Under the pieces are notes generated by a model. The model saw nothing but the letters and a program-made list of their open reading frames with translations, was not told where the DNA came from and made no database searches. A program made the translations under genes and the position numbers. 64,000 nucleotides of DNA from Eledone cirrhosa (taxonomy: Eukaryota), in the NCBI GenBank assembly GCA_964016885.1, contig OZ024743.1, positions 208,692,001 to 208,756,000 of the forward strand, written 5' to 3'. Within the stretch, counting starts at the first letter, position 1; each line of letters starts with the position of its first letter. Positions 1 through 13,060 of this stretch are shown in pieces.

Positions 1-766
1 TGAAAGCTTTCACTCAATAAGATATACCACATTTTACCATCCTATAGCCACAAATGAAAGCTCTTCACTCCATAAGATATACCACAGTTTACCATCCTAT
101 AGCCACACATGAGAGCTCTTCACTCCATAAGATATACCACAGTTTATCATCCTATAGCCACACATGAGAGCTCTTCACTCTATAAGATATACCACAGTTT
201 ACCATCCTATAGCCACACATGGAAGCTCTTCACTCCATGATATATACCACAGTTTACCATCCTATAGCCACACATGAAAGCTCTTCACTCCATAAGATAT
301 ACCACAGTTTACAATCCTATAGCCACACATGAAAGCTCTTCACTCAATAAGATATACCACATTTTACCATCCTATAGCCACAAATGAAAGCTCTTCACTC
401 CATAAGATATACCACAGTTTACCATCCTATAGCCACACATGAAAGCTCTTCACTCCATGAGATATACCACAGTTTACCATCCTATAGCCACACATGAAAG
501 CTCTTCACTCCATAAGATATACCACAGTTTACCATCCTATAGCCACACATGGAAGCTCTTCACTCCATGAGATATACCACAGTTTACCATCCTATAGCCA
601 CACATGAAAGCTCTTCACTCCATAAGATATACCACAGTTTACCATCCTATAGCCAGATGAAAGCTCTTCACTCCATAAGATATACCACAGTTTACCATCC
701 TATAGCCACACATGAAATCTCTTCACTCCATAAGATATACCACAATTTACCATCCTATAGCCACAC

Positions 767-1583
767 ATGAAAGCTCTTCACTCAATAAGATATACCACAG
801 TTTACCATCCTATAGCCACAAATGAAAGCTCTTCACTCCATAAGATATACCAAAGTTTACCGTCCTATAGCCAGATGAAAGCTCTTCACTCCATAAGATA
901 TACCACAGCTTACCATCCTATAGCCACACATGAAAGCTCTTCACTCCATAAGATATAACACAGTTTACCATCCTATAGCCACAGATGAAAGCTCTTCACT
1001 CCATAAGATATACCACAGTTTACAATCCTATAGTCACACATGAAAGCTCTTCACTCCATAAGATATACCACAGTTTACCATCCTATAGCCACACATGAAA
1101 GCTCTTCACTCCATAAGATATATCACAGTTTACCATCCTATAGCCACACATGGAAGCTCTTCACTCCATGAGATATACCACAGTTTCCCATCCTATAGCC
1201 ACACATGAAAGCTTTTCATTCCATAAGATATACCACAGTTTACCATCCAATAGCCAGATGAAAGCTCTTCACTCCATAAGATATACCACAGTTTACCATC
1301 CTATAGCCACAAATGAAAGCTCTTCACTCCATAAGATATACCCCAGTTTACCATCCTATAGCCAGATGAAAGCTCTTCACTCCATGAGATATACCACAGT
1401 TTACCATCCTATAGCCACACATGAAAGCTTTTCATTCCATAAGATATACCACAGTTTACCATCCTATAGCCAGATAAAAGCTCTTCACTCCATAAGAAAT
1501 ACCACAGTTTACCATCCTATAGCCACACATGAAAGCTCTTCACTCCATAAGATATACCACAGTTTACCATCCTATAGCCACAG
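767..1583. repeat. Representative copy of the recurrent ordered variant-monomer cassette (core higher-order repeat)
   Basis: Fixed order: CTCAATAA/CAAATG, then ACCAAAG (53), consensus, TATAACAC/CAGATG, TACAATCC..TAGTCAC, consensus x2, ATGGAAG..CATGAG, GCTTTTCATTCC (53), CAAATG, 53, CATGAG, GCTTTTCATTCC (53), ATAAAAG. The 383-bp spacing seen at 767->1150 recurs at 3946, 8597, 10127, 12260, 13350, 15532, 16622, 25243, 26388, 35236, 36108, 39991, 41463, 53772, 55745, 59030 and 63464. Confidence 0.9.
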
Positions 1584-1703
1584 ATGAAAGCTCTTCACTC
1601 CATAAGATATACCACAGTTTACCATCCTATAGCCACGCCACGGATGAAAGCTCTTCACTCCATAAGATATACCATAGTTTACCATCCTATAGCCACGCCA
1701 CGG
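1584..1703. repeat. Two adjacent 60-bp variant monomers (GCCAC duplicated, ending GCCACGCCACGG); single copies start at 22127, 29115, 38402, 46430, 47965, 48897, 50760, 55465, 57438 and 60723
   Basis: AGCCACGCCACGGATG is read directly at 1631-1646 and 1691-1706. It appears as ATPRM/DTPRM in the ORF track at the other sites. Confidence 0.92.
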
Positions 1704-4328
1704 ATGAAAGCTCTTCACTCCATCAGATATACCTCAGTTTACCATCCTATAGCCACAGATCAAAGCTCTTCACTCCATAAGATATACCACAGTTTACCAT
1801 CCTATAGCCACACATGAAAGCTCTTCACTCCATAAGATATACCACAGTTTACCATCCTATAGCCACAGATGAAAGCTCTTCACTCCATAAGATATACCAC
1901 AGTTTACCATCCTATAGCCCCACATGGAAGCTCTTCACTCCATGAGATATACCACAGTTTACCATCCTATAGCCACACATGAAAGCTCTTCACTCCATAA
2001 GATATACCACAGTTTACCATCCTATAGCCAGATGAAAGCTCTTCACTCCATAAGATATACCACAGTTTACCATCCTATAGCCACACATGAAAGCTCTTCA
2101 CTCCATAAGATATACCACAATTTACCATCCTATAGCCACACATGAAAGCTCTTCACTCAATAAGATATACCACAGTTTACCATCCTATAACCACAAATGA
2201 AAGCTCTTCACTCCATAAGATATACTAAAGTTTACCATCCTATAGCCAGATGAAAGCTCTTCACTCCATAAGATATACCACAGTTTACCATCCTATAGCC
2301 ACACATGAAAGCTTTTCAGTCCACAAGATATAACACAGTTTACCATCCTATAGCCACAGATGAAAGCTCTTCACTCCATAAGATATACCACAGTTTACCA
2401 TCCTATAGCCACACATGAAAGCTCTTCAGTCTACAAGATATAACACAGTTTACCATCCTATAGCCACAGATGAAAGCTCTTCACTCCATAAGATATACCA
2501 CAGTTTACCATCCTATAGCCACAAATGAAATCTCTTCACCCCATAAGATAGACTACAGTTTACCATCCTATAGCCACAGATGAAAGCTCTTCACTCCATA
2601 AGATATACGACAGTTTACCATCCTATAGCCGCAGATGAAAGCTCTTCACTCCATAAGATATACCACAGTTTACCATCCTATGGCCACAGATGAAAGCTCT
2701 TCACTCCATAAGATATACCACAGTTTACCATCCTATAGCCACACATGAAAGCTCTTCACTCCATAAGATATACCACAGTTTACCATCCTATAGCCAGATG
2801 AAAGCTCTTCACTCCATAAGATATACCACAGTTTACCATCCTATAGCCAGATGAAAGCTCTTCACTCCATAAGATATACCACAGTTTACCATCCTATGGC
2901 CACAGATGAAAGCTCTTCACTCCATAAGATATACCACAGTTTACCATCCTATAGCCGCAGATGAAAGCTCTTCACTCCATAAGATATACCACAGTTTACC
3001 ATCCTATGGCCACAGATGAAAGCTCTTCACTCCATAAGATATACCACAGTTTACCATCCTATAGCCACACATGAAAGCTCTTCACTCCATAAGATGTACC
3101 ACAGTTTACCATCCTATAGCCAGATGAAAGCTCTTCACTCCATAAGATATACCACAGTTTACTATCCTATAGCCACAGATGAAAGCTCTTCACTCCATAA
3201 CATATACTACAGTTTACCATCCTATAGGCACACATGAAAGCTTTCACTCAATAAGATATACCACATTTTACCATCCTATAGCCACAAATGAAAGCTCTTC
3301 ACTCCATAAGATATACCACAGTTTACCATCCTATAGCCACACATGAGAGCTCTTCACTCCATAAGATATACCACAGTTTACCATCCTATAGCCACACATG
3401 AGAGCTCTTCACTCTATAAGATATACCACAGTTTACCATCCTATAGCCACACATGGAAGCTCTTCACTCCATGATATATACCACAGTTTACCATCCTATA
3501 GCCTCACATGAAAGCTCTTCACTCAATAAGATATACCACATTTTACCATCGTATAGCCACAAATGAAAGCTCTTCACTCCATAAGATATACCACAGTTTA
3601 CCATCCTATAGCCACACATGAAAGCTCTTCACTCCATGAGATATACCACAGTTTACCATCCTATAGCCACACATGAAAGCTCTTCACTCCATAAGATATA
3701 CCACAGTTTACCATCCTATAGCCACACATGGAAGCTCTTCACTCCATGAGATATACCACAGTTTACCATCCTATAGCCACACATGAAAGCTCTTCACTCC
3801 ATAAGATATACCACAGTTTACCATCCTATAGCCAGATGAAAGCTCTTCACTCCATAAGATATACCACAGTTTACCATCCTATAGCCACACATGAAATCTC
3901 TTCACTCCATAAGATATACCACAATTTACCATCCTATAGCCACACATGAAAGCTCTTCACTCAATAAGATATACCACAGTTTACCATCCTATAGCCACAA
4001 ATGAAAGCTCTTCACTCCATAAGATATACCAAAGTTTACCGTCCTATAGCCAGATGAAAGCTCTTCACTCCATAAGATATACCACAGTTTACCATCCTAT
4101 AGCCACACATGAAAGCTCTTCACTCCATAAGATATAACACAGTTTACCATCCTATAGCCACAGATGAAAGCTCTTCACTCCATAAGATATACCACAGTTT
4201 ACAATCCTATAGTCACACATGAAAGCTCTTCACTCCATAAGATATACCACAGTTTACCATCCTATAGCCACACATGAAAGCTCTTCACTCCATAAGATAT
4301 ACCACAGTTTACCATCCTATAGCCACAC

Positions 4329-7300
4329 ATGGAAGCTCTTCACTCCATGAGATATACCACAGTTTACCATCCTATAGCCACACATGAAAGCTTTTCATTC
4401 CATAAGATATACCACAGTTTACCATCCAATAGCCAGATGAAAGCTCTTCACTCCATAAGATATACCACAGTTTACCATCCTATAGCCACAAATGATAGCT
4501 CTTCACTCCATAAGATATACCCCAGTTTACCATCCTATAGCCAGATGAAAGCTCTTCACTCCATGAGATATACCACAGTTTACCATCCTATAGCCACACA
4601 TGAAAGCTTTTCATTCCATAAGATATACCACAGTTTACCATCCTATAGCCAGATAAAAGCTCTTCACTCCATAAGAAATACCACAGTTTACCATCCTATA
4701 ACCACACATGAAAGCTCTTCACTCCATAAGATATACCACAGTTTACCATCCTATAGCCACACATGGAAGCTCTTCACTCTATGAGATATACCACAGTTTA
4801 ACATCCTATAGCCACACATGAACGCTCTTCACTCCATAAGATATACCACACTTTACCATCCTATAGCCAGATGAAAGCTCTTCACTCCATAAGATATACC
4901 ACAGTTTACCATCCTATAGCCACACATGAAAGCTCTTCACTCCATAAGATATACCACAGTTTACCATCCTATAGCCACACATGAAAGGTCTTCACTCCAT
5001 AAGATATACCACAGTTTACCATCCTATAGCCACACATGAAAGCTCTTCACTCCATAAGATATACCACAGTTTACCATCCTATAGCCACAAATGAAAGGTC
5101 TTCACTCCATAAGATATACCACAGTTTACCATCCTATAGCCACACATGAAAGCTCTTCACTCCATAAGATATACCACAGTTTACCATCCTATAGCCACAC
5201 ATGAAAGCTCTTCACTCCCTAAGATATACCACAGTTTACCATCCTATAGCCACACATGAAAGTTCTTCACCCCATAAGATATACCACAATTTACCATCCT
5301 ATAGCCACACATGAAAGCTCTTCACTCAATAAGATATACCACAGTTTACCATCCTATAGCCACAAATGAAAGCTCTTCACTCCATAAGATATACCAAAGT
5401 TTACCATCCTATAGCCACACATGAGAGCTCTTCACTCCATGAGATATACCACAGTTTACCATACTATAGCCACACATGAGAGCTCTTCACTCCATAAGAT
5501 AAACCACAGTTTACCATCCTATAGCCACACATGGAAGCTCTTCACTCCATGAGATATACCACAGTTTACCATCCTATAGCCACACATGAAAGCTCTTCAC
5601 TCCATAAGATATACCACAGTTTACCATCCTATAGCCACAAATGAAAGCTCTTCACTCCATAAGATATACCACAGTTTACCATCCTATAGCCACACATGAG
5701 AGCTCTTCACTCCATAAGATATACCACAGTTTACCATCCTATAGCCACACATGAGAGCTCTTCACTCCATAAGATATACCACAGTTTACCATCCTATAGC
5801 CACACATGGAAGCTCTTCACTCCATGAGATATACCACAGTTTACCATCCTATAACCACACATGAAAGCTCTTCACTCCATAAGATATACCACAGTTTACC
5901 ATCCTATAGCGACACATGAAAGCTCTTCACTCCATCAGATATACCACAGTTTACCATCCTAAAGCCACACATGAAAGCTCTTCACTCCATAAGATATACC
6001 ACAGTTTACCATCCTATAGCCAGATGAAAGCTCTTCACTCCATAAGATATACCACAGTTTACCATCCTATAGCCACACATGAAAGCTCTTCACTCCATAA
6101 GATATACCACAATTTACCATCCTATAGCCACACATGAAAGCTCTTCACTCAATAAGATATACCACAGTTTACCATCCTATAGCCACAAATGATAGCTCTT
6201 CACTCCATCAGATATACCAAAGTTTACCATCCTATAGCCACACATGGAAGCTCTTCACTCCATGATATATACCACAGTTTACCATCCTATAGCCACACAT
6301 GAAAGCTCTTCACTCCATAAGATATACCACAGTTTACAATCCTATAGCCACACATGAAAGCTCTTCACTCCATCAGATATACCACAATTTACCATCCTAT
6401 AGCCACACATGAAAGCTCTTCACTCAATAAGATATACCACATTTTACCATCCTATAGCCACAAATGAAAGCTCTTCACTCCATAAGATATACCACAGTTT
6501 ACCATCCTATAGCCACACATGAAAGCTCTTCACTCCATGAGATATACCACAGTTTACCATCCTATAGCCACACATGAAAGCTCTTCACTCCATAAGATAT
6601 ACCACAGTTTACCATCCTATAGCCACACATGGAAGCTCTTCACTCCATGAGATATACCACAGTTTACCATCCTATAGCCACACATGAAAGCTCTTCACTC
6701 CATAAGATATACCACAGTTTACCATCCTATAGCCAGATGAAAGCTCTTCACTCCATAAGATATACCACAGTTTACCATCCTATAGCCACACATGGAAGCT
6801 CTTCACTCCATGAGATATACCACAGTTTACCATCCTATAGCCACACATGAAAGCGTTTCATTCCATAAGATATACCACAGTTTACCATCCAATAGCCAGA
6901 TGAAAGCTCTTCACTCCATAAGATATACCACAGTTTACCATCCTATAGCCACAAATGATAGCTCTTCACTCCATAAGATATACCCCAGTTTACCATCCTA
7001 TAGCCAGATGAAAGCTCTTCACTCCATGAGATATACCACAGTTTACCATCCTATAGCCACACATGAAAGCTTTTCATTCCATAAGATATACCACAGTTTA
7101 CCATCCTATAGCCAGATAAAAGCTCTTCACTCCATAAGAAATACCACAGTTTACCATCCTATAACCACACATGAAAGCTCTTCACTCCATAAGATATACC
7201 ACAGTTTACCATCCTATAGCCACACATGGAAGCTCTTCACTCTATGAGATATACCACAGTTTACCATCCTATAGCCACACATGAACGCTCTTCACTCCAT

Positions 7301-10300
7301 AAGATATACCACACTTTACCATCCTATAGCCAGATGAAAGCTCTTCACTCCATAAGATATACCACAGTTTACCATCCTATAGCCACACATGAAAGCTCTT
7401 CACTCCATAAGATATACCACAGTTTACCATCCTATAGCCACACATGAAAGGTCTTCACTCCATAAGATATACCACAGTTTACCATCCTATAGCCACACAT
7501 GAAAGCTCTTCACTCCATAAGATATACCACAGTTTACCATCCTATAGCCACAAATGAAAGGTCTTCACTCCATAAGATATACCACAGTTTACCATCCTAT
7601 AGCCACACATGAAAGCTCTTCACTCCATAAGATATACCACAGTTTACCATCCTATAGCCACACATGAAAGCTCTTCACTCCCTAAGATATACCACAGTTT
7701 ACCATCCTATAGCCACACATGAAAGTTCTTCACCCCATAAGATATACCACAATTTACCATCCTATAGCCACACATGAAAGCTCTTCACTCAATAAGATAT
7801 ACCACAGTTTACCATCCTATAGCCACAAATGAAAGCTCTTCACTCCATAAGATATACCAAAGTTTACCATCCTATAGCCACACATGAGAGCTCTTCACTC
7901 CATGAGATATACCACAGTTTACCATCCTATAGCCACACATGAGAGCTCTTCACTCCATAAGATAAACCACAGTTTACCATCCTATAGCCACACATGGAAG
8001 CTCTTCACTCCATGAGATATACCACAGTTTACCATCCTATAGCCACACATGAAAGCTCTTCACTCCATAAGATATACCACAGTTTACCATCCTATAGCCA
8101 CAAATGAAAGCTCTTCACTCCATAAGATATACCACAGTTTACCATCCTATAGCCACACATGAGAGCTCTTCACTCCATAAGATATACCACAGTTTACCAT
8201 CCTATAGCCACACATGAGAGCTCTTCACTCCATAAGATATACCACAGTTTACCATCCTATAGCCACACATGGAAGCTCTTCACTCCATGAGATATACCAC
8301 AGTTTACCATCCTATAACCACACATGAAAGCTCTTCACTCCATAAGATATACCACAGTTTACCATCCTATAGCCACACATGAAAGCTCTTCACTCCATCA
8401 GATATACCACAGTTTACCATCCTATAGCCACACATGAAAGCTCTTCACTCCATAAGATATACCACAGTTTACCATCCTATAGCCAGATGAAAGCTCTTCA
8501 CTCCATAAGATATACCACAGTTTACTATCCTATAGCCACACATGAAAGCTCTTCACTCCATAAGATATACCACAATTTACCATCCTATAGCCACACATGA
8601 AAGCTCTTCACTCAATAAGATATACCACAGTTTACCATCCTATAGCCACAAATGAAAGCTCTTCACTCCATAAGATATACCAAAGTTTACCATCCTATAG
8701 CCAGATGAAAGCTCTTCACTCCATAAGATATATCACAGTTTACCATCCTATAGCCACACATGAAAGCTCTTCACTCCATAAGATATAACACAGTTTACCA
8801 TCCTATAGCCACAGATGAAAGCTCTTCACTCCATAAGATATACCACAGTTTACAATCCTATAGTTACACATGAAAGCTCTTCACTCCATAAGATATACCA
8901 CAGTTTACCATCCTATAGCCAAACATAAAAGCTCTTCACTCCATAAGATATACCACAGTTTACCATCCTATAGCCACACATGGAAGCTCTTCACTCCATG
9001 AGATATACCACAGTTTACCATCCTATAGCCACACATGAAAGCTTTTCATTCCATAAGATATACCACAGTTTACCATCCTATAGCCAGATGAAAGCTCTTC
9101 ACTCCATAAGATATACCACAGTTTACGTTCCTATAGCCACAAATGAAAGCTCTTCACTCCATAAGATATACCACAGTTTACCATCCTATAGCCAGATGAA
9201 AGCTCTTCACTCCATGAGATATACCACAGTTTACCATCCTATAGCCACACATGAAAGCTTTTCATTCCATAAGATATACCACAGTTTACCATCCTATAGC
9301 CAGATAAAAGCTCTTCACTTCATAAGATATACCACAGTTTACCATCCTATAGCCACACATGAAAGCTCTTCACTCCATAAGATATACCACAATTTACCAT
9401 CCTATAGCCACACATGAAAGCTCTTCACTCAATAAGATATACCACAGTTTACCATCCTATAGCCACAAATGAAAGCTCTTCACTCCATAAGATATACCAA
9501 AGTTTACCATCCTATAGCCACACATGGAAGCTCTTCACTCCATGATATATACCACAGTTTACCATCCTATAGCCACACATGAAAGCTCTTCACTCCATAA
9601 GATATACCACAGTTTACAATCCTATAGCCACACATGAAAGCTCTTCACTCCATCAGATATACCACAATTTACCATCCTATAGCCACACATGAAAGCTCTT
9701 CACTCAATAAGATATACCACATTTTACCATCCTATAGCCACAAATGAAAGCTCTTCACTCCATAAGATATACCACAGTTTACCATCCTATAGCCACACAT
9801 GAAAGCTCTTCACTCCATGAGATATACCACAGTTTACCATCCTATAGCCACACATGAAAGCTCTTCACTCCATAAGATATACCACAGTTTACCATCCTAT
9901 AGCCACACATGGAAGCTCTTCACTCCATGAGATATACCACAGTTTACCATCCTATAGCCACACATGAAAGCTCTTCACTCCATAAGATATACCACAGTTT
10001 ACCATCCTATAGCCAGATGAAAGCTCTTCACTCCATAAGATATACCACAGTTTACCATCCTATAGCCACACATGAAATCTCTTCACTCCATAAGATATAC
10101 CACAATTTACCATCCTATAGCCACACATGAAAGCTCTTCACTCAATAAGATATACCACAGTTTACCATCCTATAGCCACAAATGAAAGCTCTTCACTCCA
10201 TAAGATATACCAAAGTTTACTATCCTATAGCCAGATGAAAGCTCTTCACTCCATAAGATATACCACAGTTTACCATCCTATAGCCACACATGAAAGCTCT

Positions 10301-13060
10301 TCACTCCATAAGATATAACACAGTTTACCATCCTATAGCCACAGATGAAAGCTCTTCACTCCATAAGATATACCACAGTTTACAATCCTATAGTCACACA
10401 TGAAAGCTCTTCACTCCATAAGATATACCACAGTTTACCATCCTATAGCCACACATGAAAGCTCTTCACTCCATAAGATATACCACAGTTTACCATCCTA
10501 TAGCCACACATGGAAGCTCTTCACTCCATGAGATATACCACAGTTTACCATCCTATAGCCACACATGAAAGCGTTTCATTCCATAAGATATACCACAGTT
10601 TACCATCCAATAGCCAGATGAAAGCTCTTCACTCCATAAGATATACCACAGTTTACCATCCTATAGCCACAAATGATAGCTCTTCACTCCATAAGATATA
10701 CCCCAGTTTACCATCCTATAGCCAGATGAAAGCTCTTCACTCCATGAGATATACCACAGTTTACCATCCTATAGCCACACATGAAAGCTTTTCATTCCAT
10801 AAGATATACCACAGTTTACCATCCTATAGCCAGATAAAAGCTCTTCACTCCATAAGAAATACCACAGTTTACCATCCTATAACCACACATGAAAGCTCTT
10901 CACTCCATAAGATATACCACAGTTTACCATCCTATAGCCACACATGGAAGCTCTTCACTCTATGAGATATACCACAGTTTACCATCCTATAGCCACACAT
11001 GAACGCTCTTCACTCCATAAGATATACCACACTTTACCATCCTATAGCCAGATGAAAGCTCTTCACTCCATAAGATATACCACAGTTTACCATCCTATAG
11101 CCACACATGAAAGCTCTTCACTCCATAAGATATACCACAGTTTACCATCCTATAGCCACACATGAAAGGTCTTCACTCCATAAGATATACCACAGTTTAC
11201 CATCCTATAGCCACACATGAAAGCTCTTCACTCCATAAGATATACCACAGTTTACCATCCTATAGCCACAAATGAAAAGTCTTCACTCCATAAGATATAC
11301 CACAGTTTACCATCCTATAGCCACACATGAAAGCTCTTCACTCCATAAGATATACCACAGTTTACCATCCTATAGCCACACATGAAAGCTCTTCACTCCC
11401 TAAGATATACCACAGTTTACCATCCTATAGCCACACATGAAAGTTCTTCACCCCATAAGATATACCACAATTTACCATCCTATAGCCACACATGAAAGCT
11501 CTTCACTCAATAAGATATACCACAGTTTACCATCCTATAGCCACAAATGAAAGCTCTTCACTCCATAAGATATACCAAAGTTTACCATCCTATAGCCACA
11601 CATGAGAGCTCTTCGCTCCATGAGATATACCACAGTTTACCATCCTATAGCCACACATGAGAGCTCTTCACTCCATAAGATAAACCACAGTTTACCATCC
11701 TATAGCCACACATGGAAGCTCTTCACTCCATGAGATATACCACAGTTTACCATCCTATAGCCACACATGAAAGCTCTTCACTCCATAAGATATACCACAG
11801 TTTACCATCCTATAGCCACACATGAGAGCTCTTCACTCCATAAGATATACCACAGTTTACCATCCTATAGCCACACATGAGAGCTCTTCACTCCATAAGA
11901 TATACCACAGTTTACCATCCTATAGCCACACATGGAAGCTCTTCACTCCATGAGATATACCACAGTTTACCATCCTATAACCACACATGAAAGCTCTTCA
12001 CTCCATAAGATATACCACAGTTTACCATCCTATAGCCACACATGAAAGCTCTTCACTCCATCAGATATACCACAGTTTACCATCCTATAGCCACACATGA
12101 AAGCTCTTCACTCCATAAGATATACCACAGTTTACCATCCTATAGCCAGATGAAAGCTCTTCACTCCATAAGATATACCACAGTTTACTATCCTATAGCC
12201 ACACATGAAAGCTCTTCACTCCATAAGATATACCACAATTTACCATCCTATAGCCACACATGAAAGCTCTTCACTCAATAAGATATACCACAGTTTACCA
12301 TCCTATAGCCACAAATGAAAGCTCTTCACTCCATAAGATATACCAAAGTTTACCATCCTATAGCCAGATGAAAGCTCTTCACTCCATAAGATATATCACA
12401 GTTTACCATCCTATAGCCACACATGAAAGCTCTTCACTCCATAAGATATAACACAGTTTACCATCCTATAGCCACAGATGAAAGCTCTTCACTCCATAAG
12501 ATATACCACAGTTTACAATCCTATAGTTACACATGAAAGCTCTTCACTCCATAAGATATACCACAGTTTACCATCCTATAGCCAAACATAAAAGCTCTTC
12601 ACTCCATAAGATATACCACAGTTTACCATCCTATAGCCACACATGGAAGCTCTTCACTCCATGAGATATACCACAGTTTACCATCCTATAGCCACACATG
12701 AAAGCTTTTCATTCCATAAGATATACCACAGTTTACCATCCTATAGCCAGATGAAAGCTCTTCACTCCATAAGATATACCACAGTTTACGTTCCTATAGC
12801 CACAAATGAAAGCTCTTCACTCCATAAGATATACCACAGTTTACCATCCTATAGCCAGATGAAAGCTCTTCACTCCATGAGATATACCACAGTTTACCAT
12901 CCTATAGCCACACATGAAAGCTTTTCATTCCATAAGATATACCACAGTTTACCATCCTATAGCCAGATAAAACCTCTTCACTTCATAAGATATACCACAG
13001 TTTACCATCCTATAGCCACACATGAAAGCTCTTCACTCCATAAGATATACCACAGTTTAC
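4329..13060. repeat. Three related higher-order blocks starting at 4329, 6792 and 10510 (offsets 2463 and 3718/3663)
   Basis: Shared ordered private variants ATGATAGC, CTCTATGAG, GAACGCT, ACACTTT, CTCCCTAAG, AAGTTCTTCACCCC and GATAAACC. Copies 2 and 3 also share TTACGTTCC, TAGTTACAC and CCAAACATAAAA. ORF pairs 7226/10944, 8379/12042 and 8980/12643. Confidence 0.88.

Larger units (their letters stand above)
1..4750. repeat. Duplicated block: 1-~1570 recurs at 3235-~4750 (offset 3234, then 3179)
   Basis: The rare TGAAAGCTTTCACTCAATAA..ACATTTT monomer occurs at 1 and 3235. ACTCTATAAG, CATGATATAT, TGAAATCT, TACCGTCC, CCAATAG, TACCCCAG and AGAAATAC are shared in the same order. ORF pairs 549/3728, 767/3946 and 1150/4329. 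Confidence 0.85.

Noticed and set aside
645-680. Satellite-encoded hammerhead ribozyme (as in newt, schistosome and cave-cricket satellites), suggested by CAGATGA and GAAA
   Set aside because: The core requires CUGANGA and a separate GAAA flanking stem II. Here it is CAGATGA overlapping GAAA, and the minus strand has GTGAAGA with no suitable GAAA in the consensus. The three helices are not evident. An Infernal/Rfam scan would settle it.
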